10,432 bases of DNA, from assembly GCA_038243585.1 (NCBI GenBank), contig JBBSQY010000075.1, positions 1 through 10,432 on the forward strand, given 5' to 3'. A program made the translations under genes and the position numbers. The notes below the pieces were generated by a model. It saw nothing but the letters and a program-made list of their open reading frames with translations. It ran no database searches and was not told where the DNA came from. Positions 1 through 8,622 of this stretch are shown one piece after another. Source of the DNA: Candidatus Sumerlaeales bacterium (lineage in GTDB: Bacteria; Sumerlaeota; Sumerlaeia; Sumerlaeales; Sumerlaeaceae). The stretch's first letter is position 1, and every line of letters begins with the position of its first letter.

Positions 1-840
1 GCAGCTGGATACACGAAAATCGATGTTTTTGCCGCCGGCAGTAACCTTAAAACGACCATCCTGCGGCAACCGTCGCTCAGCAATATCCAGTTCACTCATA
101 ATCTTGAGGCGTGATGTGATAGCATTTTGAAATTTCTTAGGGGGATTCTTGCCCTCCTGCAAAACGCCGTCCACACGATAACGCAGCCGAAAAACCTTTT
201 CATAGGGTTCCAGGTGGATATCACTCGCCCGCATCTTAATGGCTTCCTGGATAATCATATTAACCAATTGGATAACAGGCGCATCAGTCGGATCAGGCGC
301 CAGATCGTCCACCATGTCGCCCGCTTCATCAACCGCGGCCTCCATGTTAAACGATTCCATCTCGTCATCAGAGACTTCCTTCAGCATCTCGTTGACGTCG
401 TCGTCTACCTTGTAGTAATTGCGGATCGCTTCCTGAATGTCGCTTTCAAACGAAATGACAGGAACAATTTTGGTGTTGGTCAGCAGTCGAAGTTCATCGA
501 TCAACACAATGTTTGATGGATCGGCCAAGGCAACAGTAAGTGTATCGCCCGTCCTGTCTACCGGAATGATCTGGTATTTGCGGACGATGTCCGCAGGGAT
601 CGAGTCAAGAATTTCTGGATCAATTTCGTAATGAGACAACGTGATAAACGGAACTTCGAGCTGTCGCCCCAGCGCCGCCGCTAGTTCATATTCGCTGGCA
701 TATCCGCTCTCAATAATTATGCGGCCAAGGCTTCCGCCACGCTCTGTCTGTTGGTCAAGAGCAACCTCAAGTTGTGTATCCGAGATAATGTCGTCCCGGA
801 CCAGCATCTCGCCTAATTTCCGTTCCAATACACTGGCCAT
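1..840 (-). CDS. pilB: Type IV pilus assembly ATPase PilB (GspE/PulE family), N-terminal 280 aa; continues beyond the left edge
   Basis: Manual minus-strand translation from ATG at 840-838 is open to base 1: MASVLERKLGEMLV...GSLGRIII (MshEN-like N-terminus)...DAPVIQLVNMIIQEAIKMRASDIHLEPYEK...RYRVDGVL...SRLKIMSELDIAERRLPQDGRF...IDFRVS. SD-like GAAGGT upstream. pilB is preferred over gspE because pilT is nearby. Confidence 0.9.
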   Translation of the reverse strand, partial: MASVLERKLGEMLVRDDIISDTQLEVALDQQTERGGSLGRIIIESGYASEYELAAALGRQLEVPFITLSHYEIDPEILDSIPADIVRKYQIIPVDRTGDTLTVALADPSNIVLIDELRLLTNTKIVPVISFESDIQEAIRNYYKVDDDVNEMLKEVSDDEMESFNMEAAVDEAGDMVDDLAPDPTDAPVIQLVNMIIQEAIKMRASDIHLEPYEKVFRLRYRVDGVLQEGKNPPKKFQNAITSRLKIMSELDIAERRLPQDGRFKVTAGGKNIDFRVSSC

Positions 841-985
841 AGAGCGCTTCTACCTTCAAAAATAACTTTTTTCTGCACGTTTTCCAGAATTCTGAATCTG
901 TATGTCGGATTTATTGAACCGTAATATGTAAAACTAAAGAGAAATTTTCAGTGGATATGGCTATTTAGGTCTGAAACCTTCAATT
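841..985. promoter_or_regulatory. AT-rich divergent promoter region between pilB and rnd
   Basis: 145-bp AT-rich spacer between two divergent start codons; contains the palindrome CAGAATTCTG (885-894). No specific -35/-10 assigned. Confidence 0.45.
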
Positions 986-2185
986 ATGATTGATATAGAA
1001 TCTGTTCTTCACATTACAAAAACTGAGCAGCTTGCTCCACTTCTGCCTAAATTAGAAGCGGCGCGTCGAATTGCCATCGATACCGAGGCCGACAGCCTCC
1101 ACCATTATTTTGAAAAAGTCTGTCTACTCCAGGTTTCCGTTCCCGGCGTAAATGTAATTATTGATCCCTTGGCAGATATTGATCTTACTTCGCTTTTAGA
1201 AGTGCTTGCCCGCAAACCCCTGATCATTCAAGGGGCGGATTACGACCTGCGCATGATGAAACGCGATTACGACTTTAACGCCTGCGAAATTTTTGATACA
1301 ATGCTTGCCGCCCAGATTCTCGGCTACGAGCGCTTCAGTTATGCGGCCCTGGTGGAAAAGCACACGGATGTGATTCTCAGCAAACACGGGCAAAAGGCTG
1401 ACTGGAGTCAGCGTCCGCTGCCGGAAAAGCTGCTCACCTATGCTGCTGCCGATACCCATTATCTCCTGACGGTGGCTGACAGGCTGGAAGAAGAGTTGCA
1501 GATCGCCGGCCGTAGTTCCTGGCTGGACGAATGTTGCGTCCGGTTGCTGGATTATGTATCGAACGGTATGCGCCTGCCCGATCCTGAGAAGCAATGGCGT
1601 GTGAAGGGCTGGCATACCCTTAGACCGGGCAAAGGCTGGGCATTTCTCCGCGAAATGTGGAGATGGCGCGACTCTGAAGCCAAAAAGGTAGATTATCCCC
1701 CGTTCAAAGTGATGCGTAACGAGTCCCTTGTAGAAATCGCAAAATGGGCGCAAGAGGGATTTTCGCCAAAAGACATACCGAAAATACCGAAAAACATCAA
1801 TGGCCGCCGCCGCCGCGAAATGGATACGGCACTGGCAACCGCCAAAGAAATGCCATCCTCGGAATGGCCAAAGCCTCTTGAATCCACGAGGCGCAGCCTG
1901 CCGCCCCTGGATGACGTTCTTCTCAATGAGATTAAGTTTATACGTGACCTAACAGCCACAGACCTCAAACTAGACTCAGGCTTTCTACTGTCGACCTCAA
2001 GCATTGCGTCAATAACAGCCGCCCAACCAAAAGACCTCGACAAACTTAAAGAAGTCGCCTGCCTGTACCAGTGGCAGATCGACCTGATGGGAACCGAAAT
2101 AGTTGACGCTGTAAAAGGAAAACGGCTGCCAAAGCCGTCCAAACCACCAGCCGCAGATTTAGCGGCGGTAGCTCCCGAAGCGTGA
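986..2185 (+). CDS. rnd: Ribonuclease D (DEDDy 3'-5' exonuclease with HRDC domain)
   Basis: Motifs IAIDTEADSLHHYFEKVCLLQ, GADYDL, FDTMLAAQILG, DWSQRPL, YAAADTHYL; HRDC-like WRWRDSEAKKVDYPPFKVMRNESLVEIA. Confidence 0.92.
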   Translation: MIDIESVLHITKTEQLAPLLPKLEAARRIAIDTEADSLHHYFEKVCLLQVSVPGVNVIIDPLADIDLTSLLEVLARKPLIIQGADYDLRMMKRDYDFNACEIFDTMLAAQILGYERFSYAALVEKHTDVILSKHGQKADWSQRPLPEKLLTYAAADTHYLLTVADRLEEELQIAGRSSWLDECCVRLLDYVSNGMRLPDPEKQWRVKGWHTLRPGKGWAFLREMWRWRDSEAKKVDYPPFKVMRNESLVEIAKWAQEGFSPKDIPKIPKNINGRRRREMDTALATAKEMPSSEWPKPLESTRRSLPPLDDVLLNEIKFIRDLTATDLKLDSGFLLSTSSIASITAAQPKDLDKLKEVACLYQWQIDLMGTEIVDAVKGKRLPKPSKPPAADLAAVAPEA

Positions 2186-2192
2186 CTCGTCG

Positions 2193-2244
2193 TTTTGCTT
2201 TCCTTGATTTTGCTTTCCCTTCGTGCCTCTGTGCCTGTGTGTCG
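2193..2244 (+). repeat. Pyrimidine-rich short direct repeats between rnd and pilT
   Basis: TTTTGCTTTCC at 2193-2203 and 2208-2218, then 8-bp periodic TCGTGCCT-CTGTGCCT-GTGTGTCG (2221-2244). Confidence 0.55.
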
Positions 2245-2273
2245 AAATTTCTCAACTTAAATTTTCGTAATCC

Positions 2274-3323
2274 ATGATAACCATCCACCACCTGCTCGTC
2301 GAAGCCGTGGAACGGGGCGCCAGCGATCTGCACCTCACCCAGAACGCGCCGCCCATCTTGCGCATCGATGGCGATCTGGAAGTACTCGACCTCCCTCCCC
2401 TGACCGCAGCCGAGAGTCGCCGTATGATTTACTCCACTCTCAACGACAGCCAAAAGGCATCGTTTGAAGAGCGCTGGGAGCTGGACCTCAGCATCGAGAT
2501 TGAAGACATTGGCCGGTTCCGAGTTAATGTCCACAAGCAGCGCGGCGCGGTAGAAGCCGCCTTTCGCGTGGTTAATGATCAAATAAAGTCTCTCAAGCAA
2601 CTTGGCCTGCCCACTATTTGTGAAGAAATCGCCCGCAAAACCAGCGGCCTTATCCTCGTAACCGGCCCCACCGGCAGCGGAAAAACCTCCACCCTCGCCG
2701 CCATGATCAACCAGATTAACGACGAGCAGCACCGCATGATCATCACCGTCGAAGATCCTATCGAATACATCCACCGAAATAAGAAATCTGTCATAAAGCA
2801 GCGCGAGGTAACCTCCGACACCCGGTCGTTCACCGAGGCCTTGCGCCACGTGCTGCGCCAGGATCCCGATGTCGTCGTCATAGGCGAAATGCGAGACCTC
2901 GAAACCATCTCAACAGCCCTTACAGCCGCGGAAACAGGCCACCTCGTAATGGCAACCATTCATACCCCCGACGCCGTCCAGACCGTCGACCGCATCATCG
3001 ACGTCTTCCCCCCGAACCAGCAGATGCAGGTGCGAATCCAGCTAGCCAACACCCTCCAGGCAATCATCGCTCAACAATTGCTCCCAGTACCCGGCGGACG
3101 CGGGCGCGTCCCTGCTACCGAAATCCTCATCGCTACTGTCGGCGGACGCAACATCATCCGCAACGCCAAAACGGAACAGCTCAACAGCCTGCTGCAAACC
3201 AACTACGACATCGGAATGATGACCATGGACAAGAGCCTGAAAAACCTCTACCAGCAGGGTCTCATCAGTTACGAAGACGCCATCAGCAGATCAAAATTCC
3301 CTGAGAGCTTCGATACCATTTGA
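2274..3323 (+). CDS. pilT: Type IV pilus retraction ATPase, PilT/PilU family
   Basis: ASDLHL, GRFRVN, Walker A GPTGSGKT, Asp box TVEDPIE, LRQDPDVVVIGEMRD (Walker B), His box TGHLVMATIHT; 349 aa fits PilT. Confidence 0.92.
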   Translation: MITIHHLLVEAVERGASDLHLTQNAPPILRIDGDLEVLDLPPLTAAESRRMIYSTLNDSQKASFEERWELDLSIEIEDIGRFRVNVHKQRGAVEAAFRVVNDQIKSLKQLGLPTICEEIARKTSGLILVTGPTGSGKTSTLAAMINQINDEQHRMIITVEDPIEYIHRNKKSVIKQREVTSDTRSFTEALRHVLRQDPDVVVIGEMRDLETISTALTAAETGHLVMATIHTPDAVQTVDRIIDVFPPNQQMQVRIQLANTLQAIIAQQLLPVPGGRGRVPATEILIATVGGRNIIRNAKTEQLNSLLQTNYDIGMMTMDKSLKNLYQQGLISYEDAISRSKFPESFDTI

Positions 3324-3901
3324 CGACGCGTGAGTATCAACTAAAATCCAATCTCACGTTCTATTACCGCCTGGTCGTGTTCCTGGCCGCGCCCGCCTTG
3401 TTCCTCTATACGTCGCCTGCGTCCCTGACCATAATCGCAAGCGCGTTACTTGCGGCTGCATTTGGAGTGGATTTTTTCACCGGACGAACTACATGGTTGG
3501 CTGTTCGCCCGATACCCATACTTACAGGCCTGCTATTTACCAGCTTGTTGGGAATCTACCTTTTTACCGATAATCAGGTAAGTCTGGCAACGCTGCTATG
3601 CCCGGTTCTTCTACTCCTTGCTCTAAGCAGCGATATGATAGCCGACTCGTCAAGGTGGAAAATCATAGTGCCGGTAAGTTTGTTCGCATGCCTGATGGTG
3701 GACCTACTCCTATATGAGATACCAAACAAGAATGTCGCTTGGGCATTTCCAGCCACAGGATTCCTGGCCGCTCTCGTTCGCTTGTCGTTCCCCCGCACAA
3801 AACATCTCATCCACACCAGCCTGGATTACCGCTTCGCCCGCATCGAACTCCTTTCTTTCGGGATGAAAAAACTCGTCGCAATCGGCGTAAAAAAAATCTA
3901 G
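3320..3901 (+). CDS. Hypothetical multi-pass membrane protein (about 5-6 hydrophobic segments)
   Basis: 193-aa ORF whose TTG start overlaps the pilT stop (TTGA); repeated hydrophobic stretches and a basic C-terminal tail; no family motif recognised. Confidence 0.6.
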   Translation: MTTREYQLKSNLTFYYRLVVFLAAPALFLYTSPASLTIIASALLAAAFGVDFFTGRTTWLAVRPIPILTGLLFTSLLGIYLFTDNQVSLATLLCPVLLLLALSSDMIADSSRWKIIVPVSLFACLMVDLLLYEIPNKNVAWAFPATGFLAALVRLSFPRTKHLIHTSLDYRFARIELLSFGMKKLVAIGVKKI

Positions 3902-3920
3902 AATCACCAGCCCAACCCTC

Positions 3921-3947
3921 TGGAGTGTCGGTGGCTTGCCACCGCTC
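3921..3947. repeat. GC-rich hairpin, REP-like palindrome or possible terminator
   Basis: CGGTGG (3929-3934), loop CTTG, CCACCG (3939-3944); extendable by GAG/CTC; ~20 bp after the membrane protein stop; no good U-tract. Confidence 0.55.
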
Positions 3948-4392
3948 TCACCCCGCGCGGAGCGCGCATCTGTAGAACCATTTCTCGCTCCCCCATAATC
4001 ATGTCACGTGTGATCGTCTAGTAAGTTCCCATACGGGAATTCCAACTCCATTCCCGAAGCACCAAAGTCTCCCGAAATACAACTTAATCAAAAAAAGACG
4101 TTCTGTACAATAAGCAAAAACGCCGCTACCGCCGAACTCAAAATCGAACCAGAAACCATCCCATAAAAAAAATGGTAATTTATCGCACTAAACACCCCGC
4201 AAAGCCACGGCCCACAAGCCTGACCTCCACAAAAACCTCACAAATCGCTAAACTCCTCGCTCAGGCCGTCCCCACATAGCAATCCGCCATAAAAACTATA
4301 ACCAGTAAACTACGCGCTCAGAGTCGTCATCGATCATCATGGCACAGCCACACCATAAGTCGTAATGGTAATTATCTCAAGGAAACGAATGA

Positions 4393-4839
<447 letters not shown>

Positions 4840-4840
4840 G

Positions 4841-4864
4841 ATTACGAATTACGAATTATAAATT
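4841..4864 (+). repeat. 7-bp tandem repeat (ATTACGA-like) after the P-II gene
   Basis: ATTACGA-ATTACGA-ATTATAA-ATT read directly; followed by a weak hairpin CCGCC (4871-4875) / GGCGG (4888-4892). Confidence 0.5.
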
Positions 4865-4912
4865 GTTGTCCCGCCTGCTCCATCTGCGGCGGTGAAATTA
4901 CGGAGAATACAA

Positions 4913-7156
4913 TTGATCGTTGAAATAACACCGGAAATTATCGCGGAGCATGGCGTAACCCCTGAAGAGTACCAAACCATACTGGACATCCTAGGGCGCG
5001 AGCCGAACATCACGGAACTGGGTATTTTTTCCGTCATGTGGAGCGAACACTGCTCATACAAGAACTCAAAACCGCTGCTCATCACCTTCCCAACAGAAGG
5101 CCCCCAGGTATTGCAGGGACCGGGCGAAAACGCCGGTGTTGTGGATTTTGATGAAAAATACGCCATAGTTTTTAAAATGGAATCTCATAATCACCCTAGC
5201 GCCCTCGAACCCTACCAGGGAGCGGCCACCGGCGTGGGCGGCATCCTGCGCGACATCTTCACCATGGGCGCGCGGCCCATCGCATTGCTCGATCCCCTTC
5301 GTTTCGGCGACCCCTCTGACGCTCGCACTCGTCACATCATTAAGGGCGTGGTCGAGGGGATAGCTGATTACGGTAACGCTGTCGGCGTGCCCACCATCGG
5401 CGGCGAATGCTGCTTCTCCCCTGCCTATAACGGCAACCCGCTGGTTAATGTCATGTGTCTGGGCATTATTGAGAAAGACAAAATCACCCGCGCCGTCGCG
5501 TCCGGCGTCGATAATCTTGTCGTTTACTACGGCAACAGCACTGGCCGCGACGGCATCCACGGGGCCACTTTTGCCAGCACAGAACTGACGGAAGAAAGCG
5601 AAGACCGCCGCAGCGCTGTGCAGGTAGGCGATCCATTTACCGAAAAGAAGATTCTCGAAGCAACCCTGGAGCTTATCTCTGCAAACGCCTGTGTCGCCAT
5701 ACAGGATATGGGCGCCGCTGGGCTCACCTGTTCCTGCGCGGAGATGGCCGGGCGCGGCGGCATGGGTATTGAAATTGAACTGAACAAGGTGCCCCAGCGC
5801 GCCGACAACCTGAGCGCCTATGAAATGATGCTGAGCGAAAGCCAGGAACGCATGCTGGCCATCGTCGAGCCCGGCAAGCTGGAACTGGCCAACGACATCC
5901 TGAAAAAATGGGACCTCGAAGCGCACGTGCTGGGCAAACTGGACGACAGCGGCATGATGAAGGTCTTTCATGACGGCAAGCTTCAGGCAGAACTTCCTGC
6001 CGACAAAGTTTCAGACAACTCCCCCGTCTATCATCGCGAGTCCAAACGGCCCGCTTATATGGACACACTGCCGGACGCTCGCCAATTCGACACCGCCACC
6101 CTCGGCGACGTTCACGCGCTTCTTCTCGAATTTCTCGCGTCACCAAACATCTGCTCGAAACGTTGGATTTTCCAGCAGTACGACCACATGGTTCAGACGC
6201 AGACCGTTACGCCGCCCGGCGATAATGCGTCTGTATTAAAAGTACATGGAACCAAGCATTACGTATCCGCCGCCACCGACGGCAACGGCCTTTATTGTTA
6301 TGTTGACCCTTACGAAGGCGGCAAGCTCGCCGTGGCGGAAAGCGCCCGCAACGTCGCATGCACCGGCGCCCGCCCCCTGGCCATCACCAACTGCCTCAAC
6401 TTTGGCAGCCCTCTAAAGCCGGAAGTTTTCTTCCAGCTGGCCGAGGCCGTACGCGGCATCGGAGAAGCCTGCTCAGCACTGGACACTCCCGTCACCGGAG
6501 GCAATGTCAGCCTATACAATGAAAACCCTGAAGGCGCCATCTGGCCGACACCTGTCATCGGTATGGTCGGAAAAATCGCCCATCCGGCCAAACCAGTCAC
6601 CGCTGGATTCAAAGCTGCTGGCGACAGCATCTTTCTACTCGGTCTCGCAGCAGAACACCTCGGCGCATCAGAGATCCTTCGCTGGAAAACCGGCAAGGAA
6701 CACGCCCCCTGCCCCACCTGCGATCTGACCGCCGAAAGAAACGTAATTGATCTTTTGGTCGAAGCCAACGCCGCTGAACTGCTTCAGTCCGCCCACGACT
6801 GCGGCACCGGTGGCCTGGCTGTTACTCTGGCCGAATCTTTGCTAAAAGGTGCTTCCGGTCTTGGAGCCACAGTAGACATTACCGCCCTCAACCCCAATAC
6901 AATTACGGAACTTTTCGCAGAGACGGCCCCGCGTGTTCTGGTATCTGTGTCCACCGATAATGAAGCAACCTTTCAGGCTTTATGCGAAACTCACCACGTG
7001 CCTAGCGACAAGCTCGGCAAGGTCAGCAATGACGGTCAGTTTGTCCTAACGACAACTGAGGGTCCTGTTACCTGGGCCTTCGCGGCTTTTGAAGCAGCTT
7101 ATGAATCGACCGAGTCCATCTTTCCTCGTACGGAAGTCGAGGTACCTCTCCATTGA
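4913..7156 (+). CDS. purL: Phosphoribosylformylglycinamidine synthase subunit PurL (small type, ~747 aa)
   Basis: Motifs [84 protein letters not shown] start at 4913 preferred over GTG 4892 because GGAG (4902-4905) lies 7 nt upstream. Confidence 0.97.
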   Translation: MIVEITPEIIAEHGVTPEEYQTILDILGREPNITELGIFSVMWSEHCSYKNSKPLLITFPTEGPQVLQGPGENAGVVDFDEKYAIVFKMESHNHPSALEPYQGAATGVGGILRDIFTMGARPIALLDPLRFGDPSDARTRHIIKGVVEGIADYGNAVGVPTIGGECCFSPAYNGNPLVNVMCLGIIEKDKITRAVASGVDNLVVYYGNSTGRDGIHGATFASTELTEESEDRRSAVQVGDPFTEKKILEATLELISANACVAIQDMGAAGLTCSCAEMAGRGGMGIEIELNKVPQRADNLSAYEMMLSESQERMLAIVEPGKLELANDILKKWDLEAHVLGKLDDSGMMKVFHDGKLQAELPADKVSDNSPVYHRESKRPAYMDTLPDARQFDTATLGDVHALLLEFLASPNICSKRWIFQQYDHMVQTQTVTPPGDNASVLKVHGTKHYVSAATDGNGLYCYVDPYEGGKLAVAESARNVACTGARPLAITNCLNFGSPLKPEVFFQLAEAVRGIGEACSALDTPVTGGNVSLYNENPEGAIWPTPVIGMVGKIAHPAKPVTAGFKAAGDSIFLLGLAAEHLGASEILRWKTGKEHAPCPTCDLTAERNVIDLLVEANAAELLQSAHDCGTGGLAVTLAESLLKGASGLGATVDITALNPNTITELFAETAPRVLVSVSTDNEATFQALCETHHVPSDKLGKVSNDGQFVLTTTEGPVTWAFAAFEAAYESTESIFPRTEVEVPLH

Positions 7157-8229
7157 GCAACTGGCCGCCACCACCGACGCCATATAACCAGGCCCCCCAG
7201 CCGCCACCCCCGTCGTCCCGCGCAGGATGCGGACGTGCCCTGCTTATCACCGCGCTTCTTACTGGACTCAGCCTGGCGCTCGTCGCGTTTTTATCAAAGG
7301 CAGACCGTGGCTTTATGCCTGTTCTGCAAGAATCCGTCGGCGTAATTCGCATCGAAGGCCCGATCACTGACAGCCGCGACACCGTCGCAGTCATCAGGAA
7401 GTTTCGCGAAAACAAAATGATATCTGCCATCGTTTTGCGCCTTGAAACCCCCGGCGGCGGGGTTGGTGCCAGTGAAGAGATTTACCGTGAAGTTCTAAAA
7501 GCCCGAGTCGAAGATAAAAAGCCGGTTATCGTAAGCATGGGAAGCGTCGCAGCCTCCGGTGGCTATTATATCGCCGCAGCGAGCCAGCACATTTTCGCCA
7601 CGTCCAGCACCATAACGGGCAGCATAGGTGTCATTTCTCCAACGTTTAATGTTCAGGAAACCCTGTCGAAACTGGGTATCAAGCAGAGCTCTCTAACCAC
7701 CGGTGAGCACAAGGATACTGGGAGCCCATTTGACGAACAAACCACCGGAGAACGGGCGCTGTTGCAAGGCGTTATCAATGACATGTACCGCCAGTTTTTC
7801 CAGGTGGTGCTTCAGGCGCGCCATGAGGCCATTGGCAAAGCCGAAACCGCTGGTAAGATTGACCCGGTCATCAATGCCGCACAAACGAAAATCGCAGGCC
7901 AGGCTGTCGAATGGAGCACTTTCACCACCGGCACCATAGCCACAGCCCTGGGCGTTCCCGTACAGGCGGAGACAGCCCTTCGGAAACTGGCCGACGGCCG
8001 CGTCTACACCGGCGAACAGGCTCTTCAAGTTGGCTTGGTCGACACCATTGGAACTCTTCAGGATGCCATAGATTTCGCCGGCCGCAAAGTCGACCTGGGC
8101 GATGATCCAGCAACGATAGACCGGACCCCCGGCTCCGATGCATCATCATGGTTCGGAGCCAAGGTAAGAAACTTTATCCAGGAAGCCACCGCCCCGACAC
8201 AATCCATCCAACTCCGAAGCCGATTTTGA
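7153..8229 (+). CDS. sppA: Signal peptide peptidase SppA, single-domain (36K-type), peptidase S49
   Basis: N-terminal Pro-rich tail and one TM helix; [22 protein letters not shown] (catalytic Ser), TGSIGV, GEHKD (catalytic Lys), [21 protein letters not shown] start overlaps the purL stop (TTGA). Confidence 0.93.
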   Translation: MSNWPPPPTPYNQAPQPPPPSSRAGCGRALLITALLTGLSLALVAFLSKADRGFMPVLQESVGVIRIEGPITDSRDTVAVIRKFRENKMISAIVLRLETPGGGVGASEEIYREVLKARVEDKKPVIVSMGSVAASGGYYIAAASQHIFATSSTITGSIGVISPTFNVQETLSKLGIKQSSLTTGEHKDTGSPFDEQTTGERALLQGVINDMYRQFFQVVLQARHEAIGKAETAGKIDPVINAAQTKIAGQAVEWSTFTTGTIATALGVPVQAETALRKLADGRVYTGEQALQVGLVDTIGTLQDAIDFAGRKVDLGDDPATIDRTPGSDASSWFGAKVRNFIQEATAPTQSIQLRSRF

Positions 8230-8353
8230 TGCCGGGAAGCAAAGACTTCACGCCATTTCTATGAGAGAACAAAAGACCGAGACAGCAGATCAACTGCATG
8301 GACTGCAAGAACCAGACGCCGCCTATCCCCAGTCGCCGCGTTTCCCTGGGAGC

Positions 8354-8371
8354 GCGCGTGCCCCCACGCGC
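8354..8371. repeat. GC-rich hairpin (REP-like)
   Basis: GCGCGTG (8354-8360), loop CCCC, CACGCGC (8365-8371), preceded by CTGGGA. Confidence 0.55.
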
Positions 8372-8502
8372 ACATTTCCATAGAAACGAAACTCTAAGGT
8401 GGCAACCGCGGCCGGCTTTTCATCGAAATTATGAGTGGCGGCTGCAAGCTGCTTGATGCAAGAAAAGCTTCATCATCATCTCAATTTTAAGTCAAACCCC
8501 AT

Positions 8503-8585
8503 GCCGGCTTTAGCCGGCCAGTCTTTGCCCCCAAATTCATGCGGGGGGTATAGTAGTTAAAAAGACAGCCGGGCTTTATCCGGAC
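8503..8585. repeat. Cluster of three short palindromes (REP/BIME-like)
   Basis: GCCGGCT-TT-AGCCGGC (8503-8518); CCCCC-AAATTCATGC-GGGGG (8528-8547); degenerate copy of the first, CCGG-GCTTTAT-CCGG (8569-8583). Confidence 0.55.
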
Positions 8586-8622
8586 TTATCGCTCGCTTCA
8601 GAAAAAGAAAACAGGATAATAA

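Noticed and set aside
127..865. Plus-strand ORFs 127-516, 437-631 and 641-865
   Set aside because: Antisense shadows of the minus-strand pilB frame, which carries clear family motifs.
1196..2959. Minus-strand ORFs 1196-1753, 1693-2142, 2046-2849 and 2579-2959
   Set aside because: Antisense to rnd and pilT, with no recognisable motifs.
3574..3975. Short ORFs 3574-3816, 3710-3907 and 3739-3975
   Set aside because: Overlap the longer hydrophobic ORF in other frames or on the opposite strand; no independent support.
8261..8383. 40-aa plus-strand ORF MREQKTETADQLHGLQEPDAAYPQ...
   Set aside because: No RBS, and it runs through a REP-like hairpin; the EPxAxY-like peptide is too weak to call a gene, although a small protein is not excluded.
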